DNA of 64,000 nt from the human T2T-CHM13v2.0 reference genome, Homo sapiens: NCBI RefSeq assembly GCF_009914755.1, contig NC_060939.1. One strand, written 5' to 3'. Below, in pieces: positions 15,001-31,000 of the stretch (its first letter is position 1; every line of letters starts with the position of its first letter). The notes below the pieces were generated by a model that searched no databases, was not told the origin of the DNA, and saw only the letters and a program-made list of their open reading frames with translations. The position numbers were made by a program, and so were the translations under genes.

Positions 15001-15901
15001 CCATTCTATTCAACTCTATTGCCTTCCATTCCATTCCATTCGATTACATTCCATGCGATTCCATTCGAAATCGAATCAATTACATTGCAATCCATTACTA
15101 TTGAGTCCATTTTATTCCAGTCCACTGCATTCTGGTCCATTCCATTTGATTCCATTCCATTCTATTCCATTCCATACAGTTGCATTCCATTGGATTCCAT
15201 TCTATATCTATAAATTCAATTCGAGACCATTGCTTTTGAGTCCATTCTATATGATTCCATTCCATTCAAGTCCATTACATTTGGTTCAATTCCATTCCAT
15301 TCCAGTTGATATCAATCCATTCGATTCCATTCCATTCGAGCACATTCCATTCGAGTCCATTCCATTCGATGCCATTCCATTTGATTCTATTCCATTAGTC
15401 TCCATTCAATTCCATTAATCTCCATTCCATTCCATTCTACTCCTACTGATTCCATTCCATTCTATTCCTTTCCATTCCATTTCATTCCATTCCATTCCAT
15501 TTCATTCCATTCCATTCCATTCGTGTCCATTCCTCTCCAGTCCATTCCATTCGTGTCCATTCCATTCCAGTCCATTCCATTTGTGTCCACTGCATTCCAT
15601 TCCACTCCATTCCATATTATTCCATTACACTCCATTCCATTCTATTACTTTCATTTCCATTCAATTCCATTCCATTTGATTCCATTCCACTCGGTTTCAT
15701 TCCATTTGAGTCCACTCCATTCCATTCCATTCCATTCCATTCAGTTCCATTCCATTCTGTTCCATTCCATTCCGTTCCATTACATTCCATTCCATTCGGT
15801 ACCATTCCATATTGTTCCATTCGATTCCATTCGAATCCATTCCATTCCAGTCCATTCCATTCGATTCCATTCCATTCATTTCAATTCCATTCCATTCCAT
15901 T
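1..15901 (+). repeat. Copy 1 (left-truncated) of 16,029-bp nine-unit tandem duplication
   Basis: Unit length series 1759,1793,1794,1804,1759,1794,1788,1769,1769 and private variants (e.g. GTCAAATCC ~465, TAATATCC ~2935, GAATTC 10306) all recur at +16029. Confidence 0.95.
192..1950 (+). repeat. Representative single unit (1759 bp)
   Basis: Unique landmarks in order: CTGTTCTACTCGACTCCAATAC, CTGTACGATTCCTACCG, CGAAATCGAATCAATTAC, CTATATCTATAAATTC, TTGATATCAA, CGGTACC, GAATAAGTTCC. The order then repeats. Confidence 0.95.
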
Positions 15902-16029
15902 ACATTCCACTTGATTCCTCTCCATTCCCTTCCACTGCATTCCGTTCGATTCCATTCCATTGCATTGCATTCCATTCCATTGGATTGCATTCCATTCGAT
16001 TCCATTCCATTCGAATCAATTACATTGCA

Positions 16030-19000
16030 ACCCATTACATTCGAGTCTATTCTCTTCCGTTCCATTCGATTTCGTTCCAATCCATTCGATTCCATTCCAT
16101 TCGATTCCATTCCATACTATTGCATTCCATTCGATTACATTATATTCGAATAAGTTCCATTCAAGACCATTTCTTTTGAGTCCATTCTATTTGAGTCCAT
16201 TCCCTTTGATTCCATAACATTTGAGTCCATTCAATTCCATTCCTTTCGTTTGCATTCCATTTGATGCCATTCCATTCAATTCTGTTCTACTCGACTCCAA
16301 TACATTCAATTCCATTCCATCCGATTCCATTACATTCTTTTCATTTCTTATCCATTTCAAGCCATTCCACTCCATTCCATTCCACTCGTTTCCTTTCCAT
16401 TCGAGTCCATTCCTCTCCAGTCCATTCCGTTCAATCCATTCCATTCCAGTCCATTCCATTCGAGTCCGTTCCATTCCAGTCCATTCCATTCGAGTCAAAT
16501 CCATCCCATTCGATGTCTTTCCATAACGATCCATTCCATTCTATTCCTTTCGATTCCATTCCATTCTATTTCATTCCATTCGATTCCCTTCCATTGGACT
16601 CCTTTCCATTCGAGTGCATTCCATTCCGTTCCATTTCTTTCCGTTCTGTACGATTCCTACCGTTCGATTTCATTTTGTTCCAGTCCATTCCTTTCGCGTC
16701 CATTCCATTCCATTTCACTCCATTCGATTCCATTCCACTCGATTCCACTTCGTTCCATTTCATTGCATTCCATTCTATTCAACTCTATTGCCTTCCATTC
16801 CATTCCATTCGATTACATTCCATGCGATTCCATTCGAAATCGAATCAATTACATTGCAATCCATTACTATTGAGTCCGTTTTATTCCAGTCCACTGCATT
16901 CTGGTCCATTCCATTTGATTCCATCCCATTTTATTCCATTCCATACAGTTGCATTCCATTGGATTCCATGCTATATCTATAAATTCAATTCGAGACCATT
17001 GCTTTTGAGTCCATTCTATATGTTTCCATTCCATTCAAGTCCATTACATTTGGTTCAATTCCATTCCATTCCATTCCCCTCCATTCCATTCCAGTTGATA
17101 TCAATCCATTCGATTCCATTCCATTCGAGCACATTCCATTCGAGTCCATTCCATTCGATGCCATTCCATTTGATTCTATTCCATTAGTCTCCATTCAATT
17201 CCATTAATCTCCATTCCATTCCATTCTACTCCAACTGATTCCATTCCATTCTATTCCTTTCCATTCCATTTCATTCCATTCCATTCCATTCGCTTCCATT
17301 CCATTCGTGTCCATTCCACTCCAGTCCATTCCATTTGTGTCCACTGCATTCCATTCCACTCCATTCCATATTATTCCATTACACTCCATTCCATTCTATT
17401 ACTTTCATTTCCATTCAATTCCATTCCATTTGATTCCATTCCACTCGGTTTCATTCCATTTGAGTCCACTCCATTCCATTCCATTCCATTCCATTCCATT
17501 CAGTTCCATTCCATTCTGTTCCATTCCATTCCGTTCCATTGCATTCCATTCCATTCGGTACCATTCCATATTGTTCCATTCGATTCCATTCGAATCCATT
17601 CCATTCCAGTCCATTCCATTCGATTCCATTCCATTCCTTTCAATTCCATTCCATTCCATTCCATTCCACTTGATTCCACTCCATTCCCTTCCACTGCATT
17701 CCATTCGATTCCATTCCATTGCATTGCATTCCATTCCATTGGACTGCATTCCATTCGATTCCATTCCATTCGAATCAATTACATAGCAATCCATTACATT
17801 CGAGTCTATTCTATTCCGTTCCATTCGATTTCGTTCCAATCCATTCGATTCCATTCCATTCGATTCCATTCCATACTATTGCATTCCATTCGATTACATT
17901 ATATTCGAATAAGTTCCATTCAAGACCATTTCTTTTGAGTCCATTCTATTTGAGTCCATTCCCTTTGATTCCATAACATTTGAGTCCATTCAATTCCATT
18001 CCTTTCGTTTCCATTCCATTTGATGCCATTCCATTCAATTCTGTTCTACTCGACTCCAATACATTCAATTCCATTCCATCCGATTCCATTACATTCTTTT
18101 CATTTCTTATCCATTTCAAGCCATTCCACTCCATTCCATTCCACTCGTTTCCTTTCCATTCGAGTCCATTCCTCTCCAGTCCATTCCGTTCAATCCATTC
18201 CATTCCAGTCCATTCCATTCGAGTCCGTTCCATTCCAGTCCATTCCATTCGAGTCAATTCCATCCCATTCGATGTCTTTCCATAACGATCCATTCCATTC
18301 TATTCCTTTCGATTCCATTCCATTCTATTTCATTCCATTCGATTCCCTTCCATTGGACTCCTTTCCATTCGAGTGCATTCCATTCCGTTCCATTTCTTTC
18401 CGTTCTGTACGATTCCTACCGTTCGATTTCATTTTGTTCCAGTCCATTCCTTTCGCGTCCATTCCATTCCATTTCACTCCATTCGATTCCATTCCACTCG
18501 ATTCCACTTCGTTCCATTTCATTGCATTCCATTCTATTCAACTCTATTGCCTTCCATTCCATTCCATTCGATTACATTCCATGCGATTCCATTCGAAATC
18601 GAATCAATTACATTGCAATCCATTACTATTGAGTCCGTTTTATTCCAGTCCACTGCATTCTGGTCCATTCCATTTGATTCCATTCCATTCTATTCCATTC
18701 CATACAGTTGCATTCCATTGGATTCCATGCTATATCTATAAATTCAATTCGAGACCATTGCTTTTGAGTCCATTCTATATGATTCCATTCCATTCAAGTC
18801 CATTACATTTGGTTCAATTCCATTCCATTCCATTCCCTTCCATTCCATTCCAGTTGATATCAATCCATTCGATTCCATTCCATTCGAGCACATTCCATTC
18901 GAGTCCATTCCATTCGATGCCATTCCATTTGATTCTATTCCATTAGTCTCCATTCAATTCCATTAATATCCATTCCATTCCATTCTACTCCAACTGATTC

Positions 19001-22000
19001 CATTCCATTCTATTCTTTCCATTCCATTTCATTCCATTCCATTCCATTTCATTCCATTCCATTCCATTCGTGTCCATTCCACTCCAGTCCATTCCATTCG
19101 TGTCCATTCCATTCCAGTCCATTCCATTTGTGTCCACTGCATTCCATTCCACTCCATTCCATATTATTCCATTACACTCCATTCCATTCTATTACTTTCA
19201 TTTCCATTCAATTCCATTCCATTTGATTCCATTCCACTCGGTTTCATTCCATTTGAGTCCACTCCATTCCATTCCATTCCATTCCATTCAGTTCCATTCC
19301 ATTCTGTTCCATTCCATTCCGTTCCATTACATTCCATTCCATTCGGTACCATTCCATATTGTTCCATTCGATTCCATTCGAATCCATTCCATTCCAGTCC
19401 ATTCCATTCGATTCCATTCCATTCATTTCAATTCCATTCCATTCCATTCCATTACATTCCACTTGATTCCTCTCCATTCCCTTCCACTGCATTCCGTTCG
19501 ATTCCATTCCATTGCATTGCATTCCATTCCATTGGATTGCATTCCATTCGATTCCATTCCATTCGAATCAATTACATTGCAACCCATTACATTCGAGTCT
19601 ATTCTCTTCCGTTCCATTCGATTTCGTTCCAATCCATTCGATTCCATTCCATTCGATTCCATTCCATACTATTGCATTCCATTCGATTACATTATATTCG
19701 AATAAGTTCCATTCAAGACCATTTCTTTTGAGTCCATTCTATTTGAGTCCATTCCCTTTGATTCCATAACATTTGAGTCCATTCAATTCCATTCCTTTCG
19801 TTTGCATTCCATTTGATGCCATTCCATTCAATTCTGTTCTACTCGACTCCAATACATTCAATTCCATTCCATCCGATTCCATTACATTCTTTTCATTTCT
19901 TATCCATTTCAAGCCATTCCACTCCATTCCATTCCACTCGTTTCCTTTCCATTCGAGTCCATTCCTCTCCAGTCCATTCCGTTCAATCCATTCCATTCCA
20001 GTCCATTCCATTCGAGTCTATTCCATTCCAGTCCATTCCATTCGAGTCAACTCCATCCCATTCGATGTCTTTCCATAACGATCCATTCCATTCCATTCCT
20101 TTCGATTCCATTCCATTCTATTTCATTCCATTCGATTCCCTTCCATTGGACTCCTTTCCATTCGAGTGCATTCCATTCCGTTCCATTTCTTTCCGTTCTG
20201 TACGATTCCTACCGTTCGATTTCATTTTGTTCCAGTCCATTCCTTTCGCGTCCATTCCATTCCATTTCACTCCATTCGATTCCATTCCACTCGATTCCAC
20301 TTCGTTCCATTTCATTGCATTCCATTCTATTCAACTCTATTGCCTTCCATTCCATTCCATTCGATTACATTCCATGCGATTCCATTCGAAATCGAATCAA
20401 TTACATTGCAATCCATTACTATTGAGTCCGTTTTATTCCAGTCCACTGCATTCTGGTCCATTCCATTTGATTCCATTCCATTCTATTCCATTCCATACAG
20501 TTGCATTCCATTGGATTCCATGCTATATCTATAAATTCAATTCGAGACCATTGCTTTTGAGTCCATTCTATATGATTCCATTCCATTCAAGTCCATTACA
20601 TTTGGTTCAATTCCATTCCATTCCATTCCCTTCCATTCCATTCCAGTTGATATCAATCCATTCGATTCCATTCCATTCGAGCACATTCCATTCGAGTCCA
20701 TTCCATTCGATGCCATTCCATTTGATTCTATTCCATTAGTCTCCATTCAATTCCATTAATCTCCATTCCATTCCATTCTAATCCAACTGATTCCATTCCA
20801 TTCTATTCCTTTCCATTCCATTTCATTCCATTCCATTCCATTTCATTCCATTCCATTCCATTCGTGTCCATTCCACTCCAGTCCATTCCATTCGTGTCCA
20901 TTCCATTCCAGTCCATTCCATTTGTGTCCCCTGCATTCCATTACACTCCATTCCATATTATTCCATTACACTCCATTCAATTCTATTACTTTCATTTCCA
21001 TTCAATTCCATTCCATTTGATTCCATTCCACTCGGTTTCATTCCATTTGAGTCCACTCCATTCCATTCCATTCCATTCCATTCAGTTCCATTCCATTCTA
21101 TTCCATTCCATTCCGTTCCATTACATTCCATTCCATTCGGTACCATTCCATATTGTTCCATTCGATTCCATTCGAATCCATTCCATTCCAGTCCATTCCA
21201 TTCGATTCCATTCCATTCATTTCAATTCCATTCCATTCCATTCCATTACATTCCACTTGATTCCTCTCCATTCCCTTCCACTGCATTCCGTTCGATTCCA
21301 TTCCATTGCATTGTGTTCCATTCCATTGGATTGCATTCCATTCGATTCCATTCCATTCGAATCAATTACATAGCAATCCATTACATTCGAGTCTATTCTA
21401 TTCCGTTCCATTCGATTTCGTTCCAATCCATTCGATTCCATTCCATTCGATTCCATTCCATACTATTGCATTCCATTCGATTACATTATATTCGAATAAG
21501 TTCCATTCAAGACCATTTCTTTTGAGTCCATTCTATTTGAGTCCATTCCCTTTGATTCCATAACATTTGAGTCCATTCAATTCCATTCCTTTCGTTTCCA
21601 TTCCATTTGATGCCATTCCATTCAATTCTGTTCTACTCGACTCCAATACATTCAATTCCATTCCATCCGATTCCATTACATTCTTTTCATTTCTTATCCA
21701 TTTCAAGCCATTCCACTCCATTCCATTCCACTCGTTTCCTTTCCATTCGAGTCCATTCCTCTCCAGTCCATTCCGTTCAATCCATTCCATTCCAGTCCAT
21801 TCCATTCGAGTCCGTTCCATTCCAGTCCATTCCATTCGAGTCAATTCCATCCCATTCGATGTCTTTCCATAAAGATCCATTCCATTCTATTCCTTTCTAT
21901 TCCATTCCATTCTATTTCATTCCATTCGATTCCCTTCCATTGGACTCCTTTCCATTCGAGTGCATTCCATTCCGTTCCATTTCTTTCCGTTCTGTACGAT

Positions 22001-25000
22001 TCCTACCGTTCGATTTCATTTTGTTCCAGTCCATTCCTTTCGCGTCCATTCCATTCCATTTCACTCCATTCGATTCCATTCCACTCGATTCCACTTCGTT
22101 CCATTTCATTGCATTCCATTCTATTCAACTCTATTGCCTTCCATTCCATTCCATTCGATTACATTCCATGCGATTCCATTCGAAATCGAATCAATTACAT
22201 TGCAATCCATTACTATTGAGTCCATTTTATTCCAGTCCACTGCATTCTGGTCCATTCCATTTGATTCCATTCCATTCTATTCCATTCCATACAGTTGCAT
22301 TCCATTGGATTCCATTCTATATCTATAAATTCAATTGGAGACCATTGCTTTTGAGTCCATTCTATATGATTCCATTCCATTCAAGTCCATTACATTTGGT
22401 TCAATTCCATTCCATTCCATTCCCTTCCATTCCATTCCAGTTGATATCAATCCATTCGATTCCATTCCATTCGAGCACATTCCATTCGAGTGCATTCCAT
22501 TCGATGCCATTCCATTTGATTCTATTCCATTAGTCTCCATTCAATTCCATTAATCTCCATTCCATTCCATTCTACTCCAACTGATTCCATTCCATTCTAT
22601 TCCTTTCCATTCCATTTCATTCCATTCCATTCCATTTCATTCCATTCCATTCCATTCGCTTCCATTCCATTCGTGTCCATTCCACTCCAGTCCATTCCAT
22701 TCGTGTCCATTCCATTCCAGTCCATTCCATTTGTGTCCACTGCATTCCATTCCACTCCATTCCATATTATTCCTTTACACTCCGTTCCATTCTATTACTT
22801 TCATTTCCATTCAATTCCATTCCATTTGATTCCATTCCACTCGGTTTCATTCAATTTGAGTCCACTCCATTCCATTCCATTCCATTCCATTCAGTTCCAT
22901 TCCATTCTGTTCCATTCCATTCCGTTCCATTGCATTCCATTCCATTCGGTACCATTCCATATTGTTCCATTCGATTCCATTCGAATCCATTCCATTCCAG
23001 TCCATTCCATTCGATTCCATTCCATTCCTTTCAATTCCATTCCATTCCATTCCATTCCACTTGATTCCACTCCATTCCCTTCCACTGCATTCCATTCGAT
23101 TCCATTCCATTGCATTGCATTCCATTCCATTGGACTGCATTCCATTCGATTCCATTCCATTCGAATCAATTACATAGCAATCCATTACATTCGAGTGTAT
23201 TCTATTCCGTTCCATTCGATTTCGTTCCTATCCATTCGATTCCATTCCATTCGATTCCATTCCATACTATTGCATTCCATTCGATTACATTATATTCGAA
23301 TAAGTTCCATTCAAGACCATTTCTTTTGAGTCCATTCTATTTGAGTCCATTCCCTTTGATTCCATAACATTTGAGTCCATTCAATTCCATTCCTTTCGTT
23401 TGCATTCCATTTGATGCCATTCCATTCAATTCTGTTCTACTCGACTCCAATACATTCAATTCCATTCCATCCGATTCCATTACATTCTTTTCATTTCTTA
23501 TCCATTTCAAGCCATTCCACTCCATTCCATTCCACTCGTTTCCTTTCCATTCGAGTCCATTCCTCTCCAGTCCATTCCGTTCAATCCATTCCATTCCAGT
23601 CCGTTCCATTCGAGTCCGTTCCATTCCAGTCCATTCCATTTGAGTCAATTCCATTCCATTCGATGTCTTTCCATAACGATCCATTCCATTCTATTCCTTT
23701 CGATTCCATTCCATTCTATTTCATTCCATTCGATTCCCTTCCATTGGACTCCTTTCCATTCGAGTGCATTCCATTCCGTTCCATTTCTTTCCGTTCTGTA
23801 CGATTCCTACCGTTCGATTTCATTTTGTTCCAGTCCATTCCTTTCGCGTCCATTCCATTCCATTTCACTCCATTCGATTCCATTCCACTCGATTCCACTT
23901 CGTTCCATTTCATTGCATTCCATTCTATTCAACTCTATTGCCTTCCATTCCATTCCATTCGATTACATTCCATGCGATTCCATTCGAAATCGAATCAATT
24001 ACATTGCAATCCATTACTATTGAGTCCGTTTTATTCCAGTCCACTGCATTCTGGTCCATTCCATTTGATTCCATTCCATTTTATTCCATTCCATACAGTT
24101 GCATTCCATTGGATTCCATGCTATATCTATAAATTCAATTCGAGACCATTCTTTTTGAGTCCATTCTATATGTTTCCATTCCATTCAAGTCCATTACATT
24201 TGGTTCAATTCCATTCCATTCCATTCCCTTCCATTCCATTCCAGTTGATATCAATCCATTCGATTCCATTCCATTCGAGCACATTCCATTCGAGTCCATT
24301 CCATTCGATGCCATTCCATTTGATTCTATTCCATTAGTCTCCATTCAATTCCATTAATCTCCATTCCATTCCATTCTACTCCAACTGATTCCATTCCATT
24401 CTATTCCTTTCCATTCCATTTCATTCCATTCCATTCCATTTCATTCCATTCCATTCCAATCGCTTCCATTCCATTCATGTCCATTCCACTCCAGTCCATT
24501 CCATTTGTGTCCACTGCATTCCATTCCACTCCATTCCATATTATTCCATTACACTCCATTCCATTCTATTACTTTCATTTCCATTCAATTCCATTCCATT
24601 TGATTCCATTCCACTCGGTTTCATTCCATTTGAGTCCACTCCATTCCATTCCATTCCATTCCATTCAGTTCCATTCCATTCTGTTCCATTGCATTCCATT
24701 CCATTCGGTACCATTCCATATTGTTCCATTCGATTCCATTCGAATCCATTCCATTCCAGTCCATTCCATTCGATTCCATTCCATTCCTTTCAATTCCATT
24801 CCATTCCATTCCATTCCACTTGATTCCACTCCATTCCCTTCCACTGCATTCCATTCGATTCCATTCCATTGCATTGCATTCCATTCCATTGGACTGCATT
24901 CCATTCGATTCCATTCCATTCGAATCAATTACATAGCAATCCATTACATTCGAGTCTATTCTATTCCGTTCCATTCGATTTCGTTCCAATCCATTCGATT

Positions 25001-28000
25001 CCATTCCATTCGATTCCATTCCATACTATTGCATTCCATTCGATTACATTATATTCGAATAAGTTCCATTCAAGACCATTTCTTTTGAGTCCATTCTATT
25101 TGAGTCCATTCCCTTTGATTCCATAACATTTGAGTCCATTCAATTCCATTCCTTTCGTTTCCATTCCATTTGATGCCATTCCGTTCAATTCTGTTCTACT
25201 CGACTCCAATACATTCAATTCCATTCCATCCGATTCCATTACATTCTTTTCATTTCTTATCCATTTCAAGCCATTCCACTCCATTCCATTCCACTCGTTT
25301 CCTTTCCATTCGAGTCCATTCCTCTCCAGTCCATTCCGTTCAATCCATTCCATTCCAGTCCATTCCATTCGAGTCCGTTCCATTCCAGTCCATTCCATTC
25401 GAGTCAATTCCATTCCATTCGATGTCTTTCCATAACGATCCATTCCATTCTATTCCTTTCGATTCCATTCCATTCTATTTCATTCCATTCGATTCCCTTC
25501 CATTGGACTCCTTTCCATTAGAGTGCATTCCATTCCGTTCCATTTCTTTCCGTTCTGTACGATTCCTACCGTTTGATTTCATTTTGTTCCAGTCCATTCC
25601 TTTCGCGTCCATTCCATTCCATTTCACTCCATTCGATTCCTTTCCACTCGATTCCACTTCGTTCCATTTCATTGCATTCCATTCTATTCAACTCTATTGC
25701 CTTCCATTCCATTCCATTCGATTACATTCCATGCGATTCCATTCGAAATCGAATCAATTACATTGCAATCCCTTACTATTGAGTCCGTTTTATTCCAGTC
25801 CACTGCATTCTGGTCCATTCCATTTGATTCCATTCCATTCTATTCCATTCCATAGAGTTGCATTCCATTGGATTCCATTCTATATCTATAAATTCAATTC
25901 GAGACCATTGCTTTTGAGTCCATTCTATATGATTCCATTCCATTCAAGTCCATTACATTTGGTTCAATTCCATTCCATTCCATTCCCTTCCATTCCATTC
26001 CAGTTGATATCAATCCATTCGATTCCATTCCATTCGAGCACATTCCATTCGAGTCCATTCCATTCGATGCCATTCCATTTGATTCTATTCCATTAGTCTC
26101 CATTCAATTCCACTAATCTCCATTCCATTCCATTCTACTCCAACTGATTCCATTCCATTCTATTCCTTTCCATTCCATTTCATTCCATTCCATTCCATTT
26201 CATTCCATTCCATTCCATTCGTGTCCATTCCACTCCAGTCCATTCCATTCGTGTCCATTCCATTCCAGTCCATTCCATTTGTGTCCCCTGCATTCCATTA
26301 CACTCCATTCCATATTATTCCATTACACTCCATTGAATTCTATTACTTTCATTTCCATTCAATTCCATTCCATTTGATTCCATTCCACTCGGTTTCATTC
26401 CATTTGAGTCCACTCCATTCCATTCCATTCCATTCCATTCAGTTCCATTCCATTCTGTTCCATTCCATTCCGTTCCATTACATTCCATTCCATTCGGTAC
26501 CATTCCATATTGTTCCATTCGATTCCATTCGAATCCATTCCATTCCAGTCCATTCCATTCGATTCCAATCCATTCATTTCAATTCCATTCCATTCCATTC
26601 CATTACATTCCACTTGATTCCTCTCCATTCCCTTCCACTGCATTCCGTTCGATTCCATTCCATTGCATTGCATTCCATTCCATTGGATTGCATTCCATTC
26701 GATTCCATTCCATTCGAATCAATTACATAGCAATCTATTACATTCGAGTCTATTCTATTCTGTTCCATTCGATTTCGTTCCAATCCATTCGATTCCATTC
26801 CATTCGATTCCATTCCATACTATTGCATTCCATTCGATTACATTATATTCGAATAAGTTCCATTCAAGACCATTTCTTTTGAGTCTATTCTATTTGAGTC
26901 CATTCCCTTTGATTCCATAACATTTGAGTCCATTCAATTCCATTCCTTTCGTTTCCATTCCATTTGATGCCATTCCATTCAATTCTGTTCTACTCGACTC
27001 CAATACATTCAATTCCATTCCATCCGATTCCATTACATTCTTTTCATTTCTTATCCATTTCAAGCCATTCCACTCCATTCCATTCCACTCGTTTCCTTTC
27101 CATTCGAGTCCATTCCTCTCCAGTCCATTCCGTTCAATCCATTCCATTCCAGTCCATTCCATTCGAGTCCGTTCCATTCCAGTCCATTCCATTCGAGTCA
27201 ATTCCATCCCATTCGATGTCTTTCCATAACGATCCATTCCATTCTATACCTTTCGATTCCATTCCATTCTATTTCATTCCATTCGATTCCCTTCCATTGG
27301 ACTCCTTTCCATTCGAGTGCATTCCATTCCGTTCCATTTTTTCCGTTCTGTACGATTCCTACCGTTCGATTTCATTTTGTTCCAGTCCATTCCTTTCGCG
27401 TCCATTCCATTCCATTTCTCTCCATTCGATTCCATTCCACTCGATTCCACTTCGTTCCATTTCATTGCATTCCATTCTATTCAACTCTATTGCCTTCCAT
27501 TCCATTCCATTCGATTACATTCCATGCGATTCCATTCGAAATCGAATCAATTACATTGCAATCCCTTACTATTGAGTCCGTTTTATTCCAGTCCCCTGCA
27601 TTCTGGTCCATTCCATTTGATTCCATTCCATTCTATTCCATTCCATACAATTGCATTCAATTGGATTCCATGCTATATCTATAAATTCAATTCGAGACCA
27701 TTGCTTTTGAGTCCATTCTATATGATTCCATTCCATTCAAGTCCATTACATTTGGTTCAATTCCATTCCATTCCATTCCCTTCCATTCCATTCCAGTTGA
27801 TATCAATCCATTCGATTCCATTCCATTCGAGCACATTCCATTCGAGTCCATTCCACTCGATTCCATTCCATTTGATTCTATTCCATTAGTCTCCATTCAA
27901 TTCCATTAATCTCCATTCCATTCCATTCTACTCCAACTGATTCCATTCCATTCTATTCCTTTCCATTCCATTTCATTCCATGCCATTCCATTTCATTCCA

Positions 28001-31000
28001 TTCCATTCCATTCGTGTCCATTCCACTCCAGTCCATTCCATTCGTGTCCATTCCATTCCAGTCCATTCCATTTGTGTCCACTGCATTCCATTCCACTCCA
28101 TTCCATATTATTCCATTACACTCCATTCCATTCTATTACTTTCATTTCCATTCAATTCCATTCCATTTCATTCCATTCCACTCGGTTTCATTCCATTTGA
28201 GTCCACTCCATTCCATTCCATTCCATTCAGTTCCATTCCATTCTGTTCCATTCCATTTCGTTCCATTACATTCCATTCCATTCGGTACCATTCCATATTG
28301 TTCCATTCGATTCCATTCGAATCCATTCCATTCCAGTCCATTCCATTCGATTCCATTCCATTCATTTCAATTCCATTCCATTCCATTCCATTACATTCCA
28401 CTTGATTCCTCTCCATTCCCTTCCACTGCATTCCATTCGATTCCATTCCATTGCATTGCATTCCATTCCATTGGATTGCATTCCATTCGATTCCATTCCA
28501 TTCGAATCAATTACATAGCAATCCATTACATTCGAGTCTATTCTATTCCGTTCCATTCGATTTCGTTCCAATCCATTCAATTCCATTCCATTCGATTCCA
28601 TTCCATACTATTGCATTCCATTCGATTACATTATATTCGAATAAGTTCCATTCAAGACCATTTCTTTTGAGTCCATTCTATTTGAGTCCATTCCCTTTGA
28701 TTCCATAACATTTGAGTCCATTCAATTCCATTCCTTTCGTTTCCATTCCATTTGATGCCATTCCATTCAATTCTGTTCTACTCGACTCCAATACATTCAA
28801 TTCCATTCCATCCGATTCCATTACATTCTTTTCATTTCTTATCCATTTCAAGCCATTCCACTCCATTCCATTCCACTCGTTTCCTTTCCATTCGAGTCCA
28901 TTCCTCTCCAGTCCATTCCGTTCAATCCATTCCATTCCAGTCCATTCCATTCGAGTCCGTTCCATTCCAGTCCATTCCATTCGAGTCAATTCCATCCCAT
29001 TCGATGTCTTTCCATAACGATCCATTCCATTCTATTCCTTTCGATTCCATTCCATTCTATTTCATTCCATTCGATTCCCTTCCATTGGACTCCTTTCCAT
29101 TCGAGTGCATTCCATTCCGTTCCATTTCTTTCCGTTCTGTACGATTCCTACCGTTCGATTTCATTTTGTTCCAGTCCATTCCTTTCGCGTCCATTCCATT
29201 CCATTTCACTCCATTCGATTCCATTCCACTCGATTCCACTTCGTTCCATTTCATTGCATTCCATTCTATTCAACTCTATTGCCTTCCATTCCATTCCATT
29301 CGATTACATTCCATGCGATTCCATTCGAAATCGAATCAATTACATTGCAATCCATTACTATTGAGTCCATTTTATTCCAGTCCACTGCATTCTGGTCCAT
29401 TCCATTTGATTCCATTCCATTCTATTCCATTCCATACAGTTGCATTCCATTGGATTCCATTCTATATCTATAAATTCAATTCGAGACCATTGCTTTTGAG
29501 TCCATTCTATATGATTCCATTCCATTCAAGTCCATTACATTTGGTTCAATTCCATTCCATTCCAGTTGATATCAATCCATTCGATTCCATTCCATTCGAG
29601 CACATTCCATTCGAGTCCATTCCATTCGATGCCATTCCATTTGATTCTATTCCATTAGTCTCCATTCAATTCCATTAATCTCCATTCCATTCCATTCTAC
29701 TCCTACTGATTCCATTCCATTCTATTCCTTTCCATTCCATTTCATTCCATTCCATTCCATTTCATTCCATTCCATTCCATTCGTGTCCATTCCTCTCCAG
29801 TCCATTCCATTCGTGTCCATTCCATTCCAGTCCATTCCATTTGTGTCCACTGCATTCCATTCCACTCCATACCATATTATTCCATTACACTCCATTCCAT
29901 TCTATTACTTTCATTTCCATTCAATTCCATTCCATTTGATTCCATTCCACTCGGTTTCATTCCATTTGAGTCCACTCCATTCCATTCCATTCCATTCCAT
30001 TCAGTTCCATTCCATTCTGTTCCATTCCATTCCGTTCCATTACATTCCATTCCATTCGGTACCATTCCATATTGTTCCATTCGATTCCATTCGAATCCAT
30101 TCCATTCCAGTCCATTCCATTCGATTCCATTCCATTCATTTCAATTCCATTCCATTCCATTCCATTACACTTGATTCCTCTCCATTCCCTTCCACTGCAT
30201 TCCGTTCGATTCCATTCCATTGCATTGCATTCCATTCCATTGGATTGCATTCCATTCGATTCCATTCCATTCGAATCAATTACATTGCAACCCATTACAT
30301 TCGAGTCTATTCTCTTCCGTTCCATTCGATTTCGTTCCAATCCATTCGATTCCATTCCATTCGATTCCATTCCATACTATTGCATTCCATTCGATTACAT
30401 TATATTCGAATAAGTTCCATTCAAGACCATTTCTTTTGAGTCCATTCTATTTGAGTCCATTCCCTTTGATTCCATAACATTTGAGTCCATTCAATTCCAT
30501 TCCTTTCGTTTGCATTCCATTTGATGCCATTCCATTCAATTCTGTTCTACTCGACTCTAATACATTCAATTCCATTCCATCCGATTCCATTACATTCTTT
30601 TCATTTCTTATCCATTTCAAGCCATTCCACTCCATTCCATTCCACTCGTTTCCTTTCCATTCGAGTCCATTCCTCTCCAGTCCATTCCGTTCAATCCATT
30701 CCATTCCAGTCCATTCCATTCGAGTCCGTTCCATTCCAGTCCATTCCATTCGAGTCAACTCCATCCCATTCGATGTCTTTCCATAACGATCCATTCCATT
30801 CTATTCCTTTCGATTCCATTCCATTCTATTTCATTCCATTCTATTCCCTTCCATTGGACTCCTTTCCATTCGAGTGCATTCCATTCCGTTCCATTTCTTT
30901 CCGTTCTGTACGATTCCTACCGTTCGATTTCATTTTCTTCCAGTCCATTCCTTTCGCGTCCATTCCATTCCATTTCACTCCATTCGATTCCATTCCACTC

